A stretch of 64,000 bases of DNA from Octopus vulgaris (Eukaryota): NCBI GenBank assembly GCA_951406725.2, contig OX597840.1, forward strand, positions 12,710,001 to 12,774,000, in the 5' to 3' direction. The notes beneath the pieces were generated by a model. That model saw only the letters and a list, made by a program, of their open reading frames with translations, ran no database searches and had not been told where the DNA came from. The translations under genes and the position numbers were made by a program. The stretch's first letter is position 1, and each line of letters opens with the position of its first letter. Below, in pieces: positions 24,968-39,225 of the stretch.

Positions 24968-25978
24968 CTAAGGACTCAAATTTTCCATTTTATGTATATG
25001 TTTCCTACAGACATGAGGTGCGTCAGAATTTTTATATTCTCCTTTTGTAATCCACAGATCATCAGTGGGAGGTCTACTAGCCAATCTAGAACCCCCAATC
25101 CATGGAGAGTATTCACGTTCTGGTAGAGCAATGATATTAACCTCTGTGTCAGGTGGTGCCAAGGCACTGATTTCCTTTTTCATACGCTCAACAAAACCTG
25201 GAAACATTGTTGAACCACCAGACAACACAATGTTGGCAAACAGATCTCTCCTAATTTCCTCATCACATTTCATGATTGAGTTATAAGTTATTTTATGAAC
25301 ACCATCAGAAGGGTTGAAAATAGCTTCTGGGACTCGAAATCGTTCATTGCCAATGGTAATGATTTGTCCATCAGATTGTTCATGTCTCTTTTCCAAAGCT
25401 TTAGAAGACTTTGCTGCCTGCATTTCTTGTTCAAAGTCTAGAGCAACATAGCAGAGCTTCTCTTTGATGACATTTAACGTTCTTTTCTCTGACATTGAGT
25501 CACCTAACATGTAGCCACGTTCAGTCAAGATATTTTTAAGGTTATCTCTCAAGGCAAGACCAGTAATATTCTCATGCTGGCAGAAAGTAGCTCCTTTTAT
25601 AGTTGAAGCTCCATAAATAGGGACAACTTGGGTGATACCATGGCCTACATTCACAGAAATACCTGTGACACGGCCAGAATCAAAGAGGGACAAAGCAGCT
25701 TGATTAGCCACCATAACTGCACGAACTTGAAACTTTTCAAACATAATTTCAACCATTTTCTCTCTGTTTTTTTCAGAGTTACCGACAGGCTCAGTCAACA
25801 AGACAGCATAGTCTTCGGCTGCAATGTTCAACTCGTCGAATGCATGTTGCCAGATCCTCTCCATATTACCCCAGTCAGTAATAAGACCATGTCCAATGGG
25901 ATTCTGCAAATTAGGCAAAGTTTTATCCTTTTCAGCTTTCTCTCCAACAAGGAATTCGGGGTTTGGTCCAAGATAACT
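24968..25978 (-). CDS. Divergent actin-like protein ActL-2, exon 2 (spliced product 374 aa)
   Basis: Acceptor TTATATTGCAG|AGT is in frame with exon 33356-33469. Motifs [77 protein letters not shown] and WIGGS are present; ORF intact. Confidence 0.93.
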   Translation of the reverse strand, partial: SYLGPNPEFLVGEKAEKDKTLPNLQNPIGHGLITDWGNMERIWQHAFDELNIAAEDYAVLLTEPVGNSEKNREKMVEIMFEKFQVRAVMVANQAALSLFDSGRVTGISVNVGHGITQVVPIYGASTIKGATFCQHENITGLALRDNLKNILTERGYMLGDSMSEKRTLNVIKEKLCYVALDFEQEMQAAKSSKALEKRHEQSDGQIITIGNERFRVPEAIFNPSDGVHKITYNSIMKCDEEIRRDLFANIVLSGGSTMFPGFVERMKKEISALAPPDTEVNIIALPEREYSPWIGGSRLASRPPTDDLWITKGEYKNSDAPHVCRKHIHKMENLSP

Positions 25979-26121
25979 CTGCAATATAATAAATGACAAT
26001 AAGAATTCTAGAAACTTAAGTCAATAAAATTTTTTACAAGATAGAAATAATAGAAAGAATTACACAAACAATGAAATTTTCATAATCAATCCTATAATAT
26101 CCTATAATTAATCCTATAAGC

Positions 26122-26469
26122 TCTATATATATAAAACTGAGAATGTGTGTGTGTGTGTCTGTCTGTCTGTCCGTCTGTTTGTCTGTGTGTTTCCCTAAAA
26201 CTTGAGAAATACACAAGCAATTTCATTCAAATTTTACACATGCCTTATTTAGGGTCCGGGGAGTGTCATTGCAAGAGACGGGCCTACAATTCCAGACTGT
26301 TATATATTTTGAGTATTGTTATCACTAGTGATATCAAGATATAACTTTGTATTTTGTATTTTATGTGTAGATGTATATATATAGAAGTACATGTAATATG
26401 TACACATATATATACACATATATACATGCACTAGAAATATGACCCAGCAACGACGGGTCATAATGCTAG
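26122..26469 (+). mobile_element. Non-autonomous Helitron in the ActL-2 intron (copy at 62217-62568)
   Basis: 5' TCTATATATATAAAA plus a TGTC tract; 3' hairpin TGACCCAGCAACGACGGGTCA then CTAG|T. Confidence 0.75.
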
Positions 26470-26662
26470 TATCCTATAATTAATCCTATAATTAATCGAA
26501 TCATATCCTATAATTAATACTATAATTGATCCTATAATATCCTATAATCAATCCTATAATATCCTATAATCAATCCTATAATATCCTATAATTAATCTTA
26601 TAATATCCTATAATTAATCCTTTAATATCTTGTAATTAATCCTTTAATATCCTATAATCATA

Positions 26663-27723
26663 TCTATAAAAAGGTGGATGTGTGTGCGTGTGTGTGTGTA
26701 CAGGATAGTAATTTATGCACATCCACAAATTAGCACGCATGTAGCTCAAATTTTAGGACATTTGTCAACACCCTATCTGGGTTTTGTCAACTTAATTTTT
26801 CTCCGAGGGATCCGTGAGTAGAGTAAATATCTAATTTCAGACATAGCTTTAAGCCACAAAAAAAATTGGACTTAGCTTTTTTGCTGGCGTCTAACAAAAA
26901 AATAAGATAAAGAAAAGTGGAAGAAGGAGGCAGAGAGTTTCATGGAAAAGACAAGGTGAGAGAGGGAGAGAGAGAGTAAGTGACTACATTCATAAAAAAA
27001 TAAAATGTAAAATGTTTTGTTTTTTATTTTTGAAAGGCACACTATATTTTATAATCATTGTATATATACTTTCTTACACAACAATTACAATATATTTATT
27101 TTAAATCATTTATTTATTTTAAATTGTTCATCTTTCTCCCCTCCTCTCTCTCTCACACATTGCTTTGGGTGCAAAAGAGTTTTGTCTTTATTTTACGCCG
27201 AGTAAAAAAGTGTTTTGGTGACAATCCATTTATTTAACAACAAAGAAACAAAGAGGTGAGTAACAATTTGTCAGTGAATTACACAATATAAATGGGTACA
27301 ATTTGCGAGGCTTCCACCACAACCCACTCCATTTCATGGACCACAAAAAGGGTTTTGAGGCCAGAGTAGTTGATTCCACGAAAAAAAACGATTTTTTTTC
27401 TTAGTGAAAATTGTGCGAGTGTTAATCTACAAATTTAACAACATTCATTTCTGTTTATCAACATATATGCATGCAAAAAACATGCAATTCGTCTACATAC
27501 GTACGTGTGTGTATGTGTGTTCGTGTCTGTTGCCCATATATATTTATATTATATTATATAAATATATATATAATATATATATAACATATATATATTGTAA
27601 CTAATTTCAACGAATTTCGCCCAAAATTTGACGTCTATATTACATAGTTTCATTTGAAATAAAGAACTTCATTAGCTTAATAATCATACCTTAATTCCGG
27701 GCAAGGCCAGGTTATACTGCTAG
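26663..27723 (+). mobile_element. Non-autonomous Helitron in the ActL-2 intron (copy at 62782-63780)
   Basis: A|TCTATAAAAAGG start; 3' CCGGGCAAGGCCAGG hairpin then CTAG|T; it splits the AT satellite. Confidence 0.75.
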
Positions 27724-30700
27724 TCAATACTATAATATCCTATAATCAATCACGTAATATCCTATAATCAATCCTATAAAATCCTATAATTAATCCTATA
27801 ATATCCTATAATTAATCCTATAAACAATCCTATAATATCCTATAATTAATCCTATAATATCCTATAAATGATCCTATATGATTGTATAGTCAATCCTATA
27901 ATACACTATAATCAATCCTATAATAGCCTATAATTAATCCTATGCTATCCTATAATCAATCCTATAATACCTTTTAATCAATCCTATAATATCCTATGAT
28001 TAATCCTATAATATCCTATAAGCGATCCTATAATATCCTATAACACCCTGTAATCAATCCTAAAATATGCTCTAATATCCTATAATTAATCCAATAACAT
28101 CCTATAATAAATCCTATAATATTCTATAATCAAACCTATAATATCTTATAATTAATCCTATAATATCCTATAATTAATCTTATATAATTCTATAATTAAT
28201 CCTATAATATCCTATAATCAATCTTATCAAATCCTATAATTAATCCTATAAAATTCTACAATTAATCCTATAATATCCTATAATGAATCCTAAAATATCC
28301 TATAATTAATTCTGTAATACCCTGTAATCAATCCTACAATATCCTATAATTAATCCTCTAATATCCTATAATTAATCTTATAATATCCTATAATCAATCC
28401 TATAATATCCTATAATTTATTTTATAATACCCTGTAATCAATCCAGCAAAATCCTATAATTAATCCTATCATATCCTATAATTAATGCTATTATATCCTA
28501 AAATTAATCTATAATATCCCATTATTAAGTAATCCTAAAAGACACTGTACTCAATACTAAAATATCCTATAATTAATCCTATAATATCCTATAATTATTC
28601 CTGTAATATCCTATAAATAGTCTTATAATATCCTATAATTAATCTAATAATAAATTCGATAATATCCTATAATTAATTCTATAATATCCTATAATTAATC
28701 TTATAATATCCAATGATTAATCCTGCAATATTTTTCATTAATCTTAAAATATCCTATAATTAATCCTATAAAATCCTATATTTTAATCGTATCATATCCT
28801 ATAATTAATCCTATAATATCCTATAATTAATCCTATAATATCAAATAATTATTCCTATAATATCATGTAATCAATCCTATAAAATCCTATAATTAATCCT
28901 ATAATATCCTATAATTGATCCTATATGATTGTATAGTCAATCCTATAATACACTATAATCAATCCTATAATAGCCTATAATTAATCCTATACTATCCTAT
29001 AATCAATCCTATAATACCTTTTAATCAATCCTATAATATCCTATGATTAATCCTATAATACCCTATAAGCGATCCTATAATATCCTATAACACCCTGTAA
29101 TCAATCCTATAATATCCTCTAATATCCTATAATTAATCCTATAACATCCTGTAATAAATCCTATAATATTCTATAATCAAACCTATAATATCTTATAATT
29201 AATCCTATAACTAATCTTATATAATTCTATAATTAATCCTATAATCAATCTTATCAAATCCTATAATTAATCCTATAAAATTCTACAATTAATCCTATAA
29301 TATCCTATAATGAATCCTAAAATATCCTATAATCAATTCTATAATACCCTGTAATCAATCCTACAATATCCTATAATTAATCCTCTAATATCCTATAATT
29401 AATCTTATAATATCTTATAATCAATCCTATAATATCCTATAATTAATTCTATAATACCCTGTAATCAATCCAACAAAATCCTATTATTAATCCTATCATA
29501 TCCTATAATTAATGCTATTATATCCTAAATTAATCTATAATATCCCATTATTAAGTAATCCTAAAAGACACTGTACTCAATCCTATAATATCCTATAATT
29601 AATCCTATAATATCCTATAATTAATTCTATGATATCCTATAATTAATCATATTATATCCTATAATTAATCCTATAAAATCCTATAATTATTCCTGTAATA
29701 TCCTATAAATAGTCTTATAATATCCTTATAATATCCAATAATAAATTCGATAATATCCTATAATTAATCCTATAATATCCTATAATTAATCTTATAATAT
29801 CCAATGATTAATCCTGTAATATTCTTTAATTAATCTTAAAATATCCTATAATTAATCTTATAGTATCCTATGATTAATCCTATAATATCCTATAATTAAT
29901 CCTATAAAATCCTATATTTTAATCGTATCATATCATATAATTAATCCTATAATATCATATAATTATTCCTATAATATCATATAATTAATCTTATAATGTC
30001 CTATAATTAATCCAATAATATCCTACAATTAATCTTATAATATCCTATAATTAATCCTATAATATCCGATAATTAATCTTATAATATCCTATTATTAATC
30101 CTATAATATCGTGTAATTAATCTTATAATATCCTAAAATTAATCCAATAATATCTTACAATTAATCTTATAATATCCTATAATTAATGCTATAATTAATC
30201 CTATAATATACTATAGTATATTATAGAATTAATTATAGCATTAATTATAGGATATTATAAGATTAATTGTAAGATATTATTGGATTAATTTTAGGATATT
30301 ATAAGATTAATTACACGATATTATAGGATTAATAATAGGATATTATAAGATTAATTATCGGATATTATAGGATTAATTATAGGATATTATAAGATTAATT
30401 GTAGGATATTATTGGATTAATTATAGGACATTATAAGATTAATTATATGATATTATAGGAATAATTATATGATATTATAGGATTAATTATATGATATGAT
30501 ACGATTAAAATATAGGATTTTATAGGATTAATTATAGGATATTATAGGATTAATCATAGGATACTATAAGATTAATTATAGGATATTTTAAGATTAATTA
30601 AAGAATATTACAGGATTAATCATTGGATATTATAAGATTAATTATAGGATATTATAGGATTAATTATAGGATATTATCGAATTTATTATTGGATATTAAT

Positions 30701-32300
30701 CCTACAATATCCTCTAATTAATCCTATAATATCCTATAATTAATCCTATAATACCCTGTTATCAATCCTACAATATCCTATAATTAATCCTATAATATCC
30801 TATAATAACCTATAATCAAAACCATAATATCCTATAATTAATCCTATAATACCCTGTAATAAATCCTACAATATCCTATAATTAATCCTATGATATCCTA
30901 AAATTAATCTATAATATCCCTACAATTAATCTTATAATATCCTATAAGTAAATCTATAATATCCTATAATATCCTATAATAAATCCTATAATATCCTATA
31001 ATTAATCTTATAATATCCTATAATTCATCCTATAATATCCTATTATTAATCATGTAATATCCTATAATTAATCCAATAATATCCCACAATTAATTTTATA
31101 ATATCCTATAATTAATCCTATAATTAATCCTATAATATGCTATAACTAATCCTATAATATCCTATAATTTATCCTATAATACCCTATAATTAATCCTATA
31201 ATATCCTATAATTATTCCTATAGTATACTATAATTATTCCTAAAATATCCTTTAATTAATCTTATAATATCCTATAATATCCTATAATTAATCCTTTAAT
31301 ATCCTACAATTAATCTTATAATATCCTATAATTAATCCTTTAATATCCTATAATTAATCTTATAACATCCTATAATTAATCATATGATATCCTATATTTA
31401 TTCTTATAATATCCTATAATTAATCCTATAATAACCAATAATTAATCTTATAATATCATATAGTTAATCTTATAATATCATATAACTAATCTTATAATAT
31501 CCTATAATTAATCCAATAATATCCTACAATTAATCTTATAATATCCTATAATTAATCTTATAATTAATCCTATAATATCCTATAATTAATCTTATAATAC
31601 CCTGTAATCAATCATGCAATATCCTGTAATTAATCCTATAATATCCTATGATTAATCTTATAATAACCTGTAATCAATACCACAATATCCTATAATTAAT
31701 CCTATAATACCTTGTGATCAATCCTACAATATCCTATAATTAATCCTATGATATCCTAAAATTAATCTATAATATCCCATTAATAATTAATCCTAAAAGA
31801 CCCTCTAATAAATCCTATAATATCCTATAATTAATCCTATAATATCCTATAATTAATCTTATAATATCCTATAATTAATCCTATAAAATCCTATTGTTAT
31901 TCCTATAATATCCAATAAATAATCTTAAAATGTCCTATAATTAAGTTTATAATATTCTATAATAAATCCTCTAATATCCTATAATTAATCTTATAATATC
32001 CTATAATTAATCCTATAATATCATATAATTAATCTTATAATATCCTATAATTAATCCTAATATCCTATAATTAATCCTATAATATCCTATAATTAATCCT
32101 ATAATATCCTATAATTAATCCTATAATATCCTATAATTAATCTTATAATACCCTGTAATCAATCCTACAAAATCCTATAAGTAATCCTATAATATCCTAT
32201 AATTAATCTTATAATATCCTATAATTAATCCTATAATATCGTGTAATTAATCTTATAATATCCTAAAATTAATCCAATAATATCTTACAATTAATCTAAT
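27724..32300. repeat. AT-rich satellite, ~22-bp unit ATCCTATAAT+ATCCTATAATTA, with a ~1.05-kb higher-order duplication and an internal inversion
   Basis: Direct reading. The diagnostic variant GATCCTATATGATTGTATAGTC occurs at 27870 and 28917. Further pieces lie at 26085-26120 and 26470-26660, and in copy B from about 62155. Confidence 0.95.
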
Positions 32301-32311
32301 ATGCATGTATG

Positions 32312-32361
<50 letters not shown>

Positions 32362-33355
32362 TGTATGTATGTATGTATATGTATATATATATGTATATGC
32401 ATATGTATATGTATATGTATATATATACATACATACACACACATATATATATATGTATATGTATATATATACATACATATATATATATATGTATATATAT
32501 GTATATATATATATATATATATACACATACATAGATATATACACATACATATATATATATACATATATAAATATTGAGGTTATAAGTGCTTATGTATATA
32601 TATATACACACACACACAGAAAGAAAGAGAGATATGCATATCTATATATATATGTGCGTTTGTATGCACGTGTATGTACATACATACATTCATAATATAG
32701 AGAAAAACGGAATAGTTCACCTAAAACTCATGCATGCCATGTGTTTGGCGGTTTTTAATTATTTAAACAAATCTACAGTATTTGTTGCATTTTGATTCGG
32801 AGTTCAGCACGCTACAACATGTATCATCAGCGGATTATATATCCGAAAAAGAAGACACTCTAAATGTAAGACACATAACGTGCTTACAGAATTGACCAAT
32901 GGCTTGCATTCATAAAGAACTATAAAGCTAAGTGCTGTAAGCATGCAGAACCATTCCATATATAGAGTGACCAGCCATATAATTAGCTTCCTATAAATAT
33001 ATATGTATATGTATATTTAATTTAAAATTTAATAAGGGTAGAAATTGATATTAATCAATTAAAACCAGTGGCCCAGCATATTAAAAAATCTGAAGATTAA
33101 AATATTATTGCTTACAAAATTTAAAGGACTGACCACTAAAAGTGGACGGTCAACATGCTAGATATATACGTCAAGTCGCTATTTTCCACAAAGAATATGT
33201 TCTCAAATAAGAACTCAGCACAAAACCAAAGCATTAAAAATATTTTATTTATTTGTGAACATATTTTTTGTGGAAAATAGCGATTTGACGTCTATATCTA
33301 GCATTTTTGAGTGGTCAGTCCTGTATGTATGTATATGTATATAGAGTCAACATAC

Positions 33356-33469
33356 CTGGAGATTGGGATAACCAACAAATGGAGGAATCACTTTTCTTTC
33401 TTCATAATCACCTCCAAAACCAGCTTTACACATATATGATCCATTATCAATAACAATGGAAGCAACCAT
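33356..33469 (-). CDS. ActL-2 exon 1 (38 codons; not in the ORF track)
   Basis: Minus strand [38 protein letters not shown] followed by the donor CAG|GTATGT, at the same intron position as ActL-1. Confidence 0.92.
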
Positions 33470-33639
33470 GCTTGTGTTTTTAGGTTGGATAGAATATTTC
33501 TGGCTGATGTATAGAAATATTAATGTTCAGTTTCTTAGTGTTGTGGCTTGTGGGATGTGAGCTTGTCTCAAATTTAGCTTCTGGTCCTTGGTAAGAGTAA
33601 AAATGTTATGGGAAAACAGGTATGATAGTAATTTATATA

Positions 33640-33865
33640 CGTTTCATATTCTGTTGAACGGACCAATAAATTTTACTGTTTGCAAAACAAGGAAGTTTTC
33701 TTCATAGAAAATATGTAAATGTTTTCAGTAACTAGAAACAAAGATGTTTAAAAAAATATGATAAACCATGCATTTGTTCACGTGATATTATTGTATAACT
33801 ATTTTAGAACAAACAATTCTTCCTTGTAAGAGATTTTCTTCACTGGAATTCTCTTCCTGGTCCTA

Positions 33866-33868
<3 letters not shown>
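33640..33868 (-). promoter_or_regulatory. Conserved upstream block of ActL-2
   Basis: Homologous to 10153-10400. Confidence 0.55.
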
Positions 33869-33915
<47 letters not shown>

Positions 33916-34166
33916 TGAATATATATGTATGTATCTATATATATCTATGTGTGTGTGTGTATATATACATACATACATATATGTATATATATATATATTT
34001 ACATATATATACACACACATATATATACACATACACATCACACACACATATAGATATATACAAGTTTGTATATACGAATATGTTTATAAATCTTTATGTA
34101 TTTATAAGTTTATATACAAACACATATGTCCACAAACACACATATATACTTATATACACATATATA

Positions 34167-34783
34167 CAGGGTGAGATGGGTAAATTGTCTCCATTTTATA
34201 TTTTTTATTTTACGCATGCTCATTGTTTGTTTTTAATTTTCTCAACTACACAGCATAGTAGGGTCTTTTGGGCACCATCTGTGAGGAAAACAATACTATG
34301 GCCAGAAATTTTAAAATAACATGCTGTATAGCTTGGCATTAATTCTGGAAGCTATTTCCCCTATGAACATTTCGGATTGTTTGGGTGTCAATCTGAGGAC
34401 AGCGCAGTGGAATCGGGAAGAGTTTGAATGAGTCTATTGTTGATTATGAAGATATGGCAGCTCAAAAAACTCACTCTGATCATCCTGATAAGAAAAGAAC
34501 TCTCGACCTTGTTGGTGAGGTTCAAGACATGGATTGATAACGACCCCTTCCAAGACAATCACTTCCATCACCAGGGACATGGGAATGTCTGAGTTTCTTA
34601 TCAGACAGGTAGTGTGTGAAGCAATTTGGTATTCCTCATACAAGACGAGAAACAACCAGTTTTTATCCCAAGCCATTAAGGACAAGAGGAAAGACTCCTC
34701 TACGAAGTTTTTGAACAAACTCAAGCATCCACTCCAAGCGAACATGCATTGGTTTTTCTCTGACAAGAAAAATTTCACCAACT
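34167..34783 (+). mobile_element. Tc1/mariner-superfamily DNA transposon relic (left end and transposase N-terminus)
   Basis: TA|CAGGGTG terminus; HTH-like PSKTITSITRDMGMSEFLIRQVV...YK and first catalytic motif FFSD(K)KNF; truncated. Confidence 0.7.
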
Positions 34784-35135
34784 GAAAAGGGCCTACAAAG
34801 GTCTTAGGGGTTGCTTCTACCTCCAGATCCTAGAAGGGAAGAGAAAAAGGAAAAAGAAACACCTTCACAAATTGATAATGGGTGATTCTAGATTAATAAC
34901 TCAACTCTGGGGACCAAATTATTTTCTATTTCATAAATAGGTGCAGGTATTAAGGCGGCGAGCTGACAGAAACTTCTTTCCATGCAGGAAATGAGGAATA
35001 GGTAGACAGCCAACAACTGATGAAGGGTCATCCTTTATATTAAATATCCTGTTTTCCAATTTTTTCTCTCGTTGAGCATTTAATTAATTTGTTTTTGTAT
35101 TTCACGTTGTATACTATTGGTGATATCTTGTACCC

Positions 35136-35211
<76 letters not shown>

Positions 35212-35297
35212 GAATAAATGAAAGAATGGAGTCGAACGAAGATTTTAACAGGTATCGGTTAAACGAATTTTCCATGCCAGGATAATTCATTCACCTA

Positions 35298-35355
<58 letters not shown>

Positions 35356-35429
35356 CGCCATGTTGATTCGTTAGCTACTGCACGCATTTTTTTTCTCTCC
35401 TTCTTTCTGTGTTTTTCTCTCTCTGTGTA

Positions 35430-35467
35430 TCTTTCTGTTGAAGAGCGTAGGCTCGAAACGTTAAAGA
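35430..35467 (+). ncRNA. Minimal hammerhead-like motif upstream of the Penelope ORF
   Basis: TCTTT-CTGTTGA-A-GAGC GTAG GCTC-GAAACGTT-AAAGA: stems I and II are perfect and AACGTT is palindromic; the core has A6->U. Confidence 0.6.
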
Positions 35468-35565
35468 CTTGTTTTATTTATATTTCCTGAGCGCCATACT
35501 AATAGAATTGTTCGTTTGTTTTCCACCTGCCTTCGTCTTTTGTTTATTTTCATAAAGCTTCCCGT

Positions 35566-35626
<61 letters not shown>

Positions 35627-35886
35627 GTATATATATATTTGTATATATATATGTATGTATATATATATATGTATATATATATATGTGTGTGTGTATGTAT
35701 ATATATATATTTTTTTTTTATTTCATTTGATATATATCCTCTCACCTCTGCTACTATTTGGCATATACAGGTGCTTACATTTATCAAGCATTCACCCTGA
35801 ATTTATTGTACCTACCTGACCTACGTTGTCAATTGGATCAGATCCTATATAACCTCGACAACCTTTAGTACTTGATAAACATAAAT

Positions 35887-38827
35887 ATGATACAAAGGAT
35901 TAATACCAATTTCTCTCCCAAGAACATACCACTTCACACCGAAAATGCATATATGGCGACCCTTATCCATAGAACTACGGATTTCATTAGAAGGATTAGA
36001 TGGGCTGCCTACCATTTTGACAACAAAGAAAAATGCAACTCTGATAGGAACCAGGACGAAATGATATACAGAAAAAGTTTTTAAAGTAGAAGAAACCCAC
36101 CTCGAAATTACACTTTGGAAAATTTTAAGAAGGACTTAATCGACTTTATTAGCAGTATCAAATTTAAAAAGCATAGGACCATTTCGAACACTCACTTGAA
36201 TAGTTTAAAAGAGTTCATAAATTCACTTAGGAATGAGGACAGTCTAATTGTACCTGCTGATAAAATCGGCAATTGGTATAAATTAGATTACAATAATTAC
36301 AAATTACTAATCATGAAGGAATTACATAAAAAAATTCAAGATCGCATCTACTGAAAACCTAAAGGAAATTAACTTAAAAATAAAGGAAGAAATGACTAAA
36401 CTGGATCTACTAGATAGGACTGAACCTCTCAAACCTCAGGAGCCATAAAAAAGGATTCCCAGAAAACAGGAGTAAGATTAATATGTCCAACTAAATCAGA
36501 TATAGGCAGACTTAGCAAAACTATTCTGGACACAGTGAATCCACGGATTAAACCCCATATTCCACTCAATTTATGGATTAATACCGATGATGTTCTAGAG
36601 TGGTTTAACTCCATTACTGACAGATGTAATTATTCTTTTATACAGTTCGACATAGCAAATTACTATGCTAGCATCTCCCCTATATTACTCAATAAGTCCC
36701 TTATATATGCCTGTAGCCTTTCGCTCGTAGATAGAGAAAAAATTGATATTATACTCTTGGCTAGGAAGACAATAATCGAATTTGATGGTAAACTTTGGAC
36801 TAGATCCGATACCACTGATAGCTTCGATGTGGCCATGGGCTCGAGCGATTCAGCTCAGGTAACTGACTTGGTCGGGGCCTACCTGCTTAAGAAGCTGTTC
36901 TCGGAGGTACCAGATCTTCAGGGGGGTCTATATAGGGATGATGCACTTTTCATATACCCCACTAATAATAAGAGTAAACTAGAAAGAATTAGAAGAAAGA
37001 TTAGGCAATTCTTTAAATCATTTAATCTAAAACTAGAGTTTATGACTAGTACTAAGATAGTTGATTTTTTTAGATGTTACATTAGATATAGACAAAGGCC
37101 TTCACTACCCCTATAGGAAACTGGAAGAAACCACTAGATATATTAACACATCATCCAATCACCCGCCCTGTATAGTTGATACCACAGTCCAAGCTGTCTC
37201 TGACAGACTGAGTTATCATCAAACAATAATATCTTCAGTGATTACGCGCATCACTATAACCAAGCCCTCTCTAGTGCTGGGCACCCCCAGAACATACGTC
37301 ATCAATAAAACTCCATCACATAAACGAACTAAGGATTCCAGAACCAATCATTTAAATTTAAATTTAAAATTAAATGAAATTAGACTAAATAGTTGCAATA
37401 AAAACGCAGATTCAACTAATATAAATTCAAACAGGACTTAGAAACAAACAGATAGAAATCGCACCGATAGAAATTTACTTAATGAAAACCCTACCGATAG
37501 GAGTATCACAGATAATATTAGAAGACACAAAAGTAAAAACGGTAGATTACGTAAATATATATGGTATAACATACCATATAATATAGCGGTTAAGGGTAAA
37601 TTATGCAAAAAAATATTTTCAATAATATCTATTAATTTTCCACCCACTCATAAATATAGTAGTATCTTTTGAAATAAAACTATTAGGATATCATACTCAA
37701 CTCTACCTAACATGAGCTGCCTCATAGCTAAACATAATAAAACTAAAATTAAAATAGCTAGTTTAAGAGTAAATAATAATGATCAATCAAACCCCAACAG
37801 TCCAGGAGTGAACATTGGTAGTAACCAAACTAATAACTATAGCCAAGGCATTATCCCTATAGCTTTGATACCTAACCGCCAAGCTGACAACTTAGAGATA
37901 ACTGATAGTAGTTCCCTAAACAGCGAATTTAACGTTGATAATAACTATAGCAACATTAATAATAGTATCAGTAAATATAATAACAATAATAATCTGGATA
38001 GCAATAGCAACATTGAAATAGCTAGTAATAGCACCCATTACAACAATGGAGATAATATTATACCCAATAATTATATAACTAATGAAGATAATGCTACTAC
38101 TACTATTAATGTGATAACTCAGCCCACAACGAACAATAATTGTGAATTTAATTTTACTAATTGTAATAGCAATATAACTAGCAATAATAGAGATGTAGGT
38201 GATAGATTTAATATCAGTACTAGCAGTAGAAGAAATATAGGTAGGAAAAACTTAAATAGCACCAATAGAGATAATAACAATAACAATAGCGAAGACGTTA
38301 GCGGAGCTTCTATCTACCATAATAGTAACCTTGACAGCAACCATACCGAAATTATCCGTCCGCGGATTAGTAACAGACAGCCGGAAAATGGTAATTTCGG
38401 ATGCAATTGTCTGGATGCAACAGCTTGTCCCTTACGTGGAAATTTCTTAGCAAAAAACGTAGTTTATTCCTGTGAAGTAATTACTGAAACGAACACTCTT
38501 ACATACATTGGGTGCTCATCCATCTGGAAATCTAGGTTCTATAACCACCGGTCGTCATTTAGGCTCAAACATAAGGCTAGTAGTACTTCTTTATTAAGTA
38601 AGACTTGGGAACTTAGTGACAAGAATATCGAATTTAACCTTAGACGGTCCATTATTGGATTGGCTGCGGCTTATAAAAATGATAGAACAGGTTGCCAGCT
38701 ATGTTGCATAGAACTTCTAAAAATCATTAGATTCAAAGATAAAAACAAGCTAATTAATAAAAGATCTGAATTCAAACCATCGTGTATGCATAAATTAACT
38801 AAAACCTTTAAATATTATAATCCTTAA
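35887..38827 (+). mobile_element. Near full-length Penelope-like retroelement (RT plus C-terminal GIY-YIG), inactivated
   Basis: SPKNIP...RIRW N-terminus, PADK, FDI..YY.SI, AMGS, LYRDD, FLDV, SNHPP, then CNC....CPL.G...VVY...YIG...RFYNH..SF...CxLC..E...CxH. One nonsense codon (36082-36084) and several frameshifts. Confidence 0.9.
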
Positions 38828-39225
38828 TTTTCCATTGTAATATCTTCATAATCATTTCACATTGGAATTTCAATAATCTACTACTCAGGTATTAGATTAA
38901 CTACTCATGGACTTATCCCAACAACTCTATCCCCGGATAGTATGCACATACCATTCAATCGGGAAAATTTATACTTTTATACTTACCTATGCGTATCTAA
39001 ATGGAACATAGATAAATAATCTAACCATGGTCTCTATAATTTAGCATATAGCTTCATTAATATCTTTACTAATATCAACATTAGACGAGTAATATAGGGT
39101 AATAAATACCTAGAAACTGTTGGCTTCTCACTTCCCCATACAATATAAATAAGAGTATTTTACATAGTAGATAATCGTAAAATCTCTCAAACCAATGTAG
39201 TTTTCCATTCAATATTACATTGTAA

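Noticed and set aside
25065-25996. Plus-strand ORFs overlapping ActL-2, and equivalents at 14243-14539, 51468-51686 and 61138-62100
   Set aside because: Antisense shadows of the actin-like coding strand
27724-32300. Possible CRISPR-like array
   Set aside because: No unique spacers and no cas genes; a degenerate eukaryotic tandem satellite
35887-38827. Possible selenocysteine (UGA) recoding, as reported for some Naiad PLEs
   Set aside because: The breaks I could resolve are a TAA and frameshifts, not in-frame TGA at Cys positions; no SECIS was recognised
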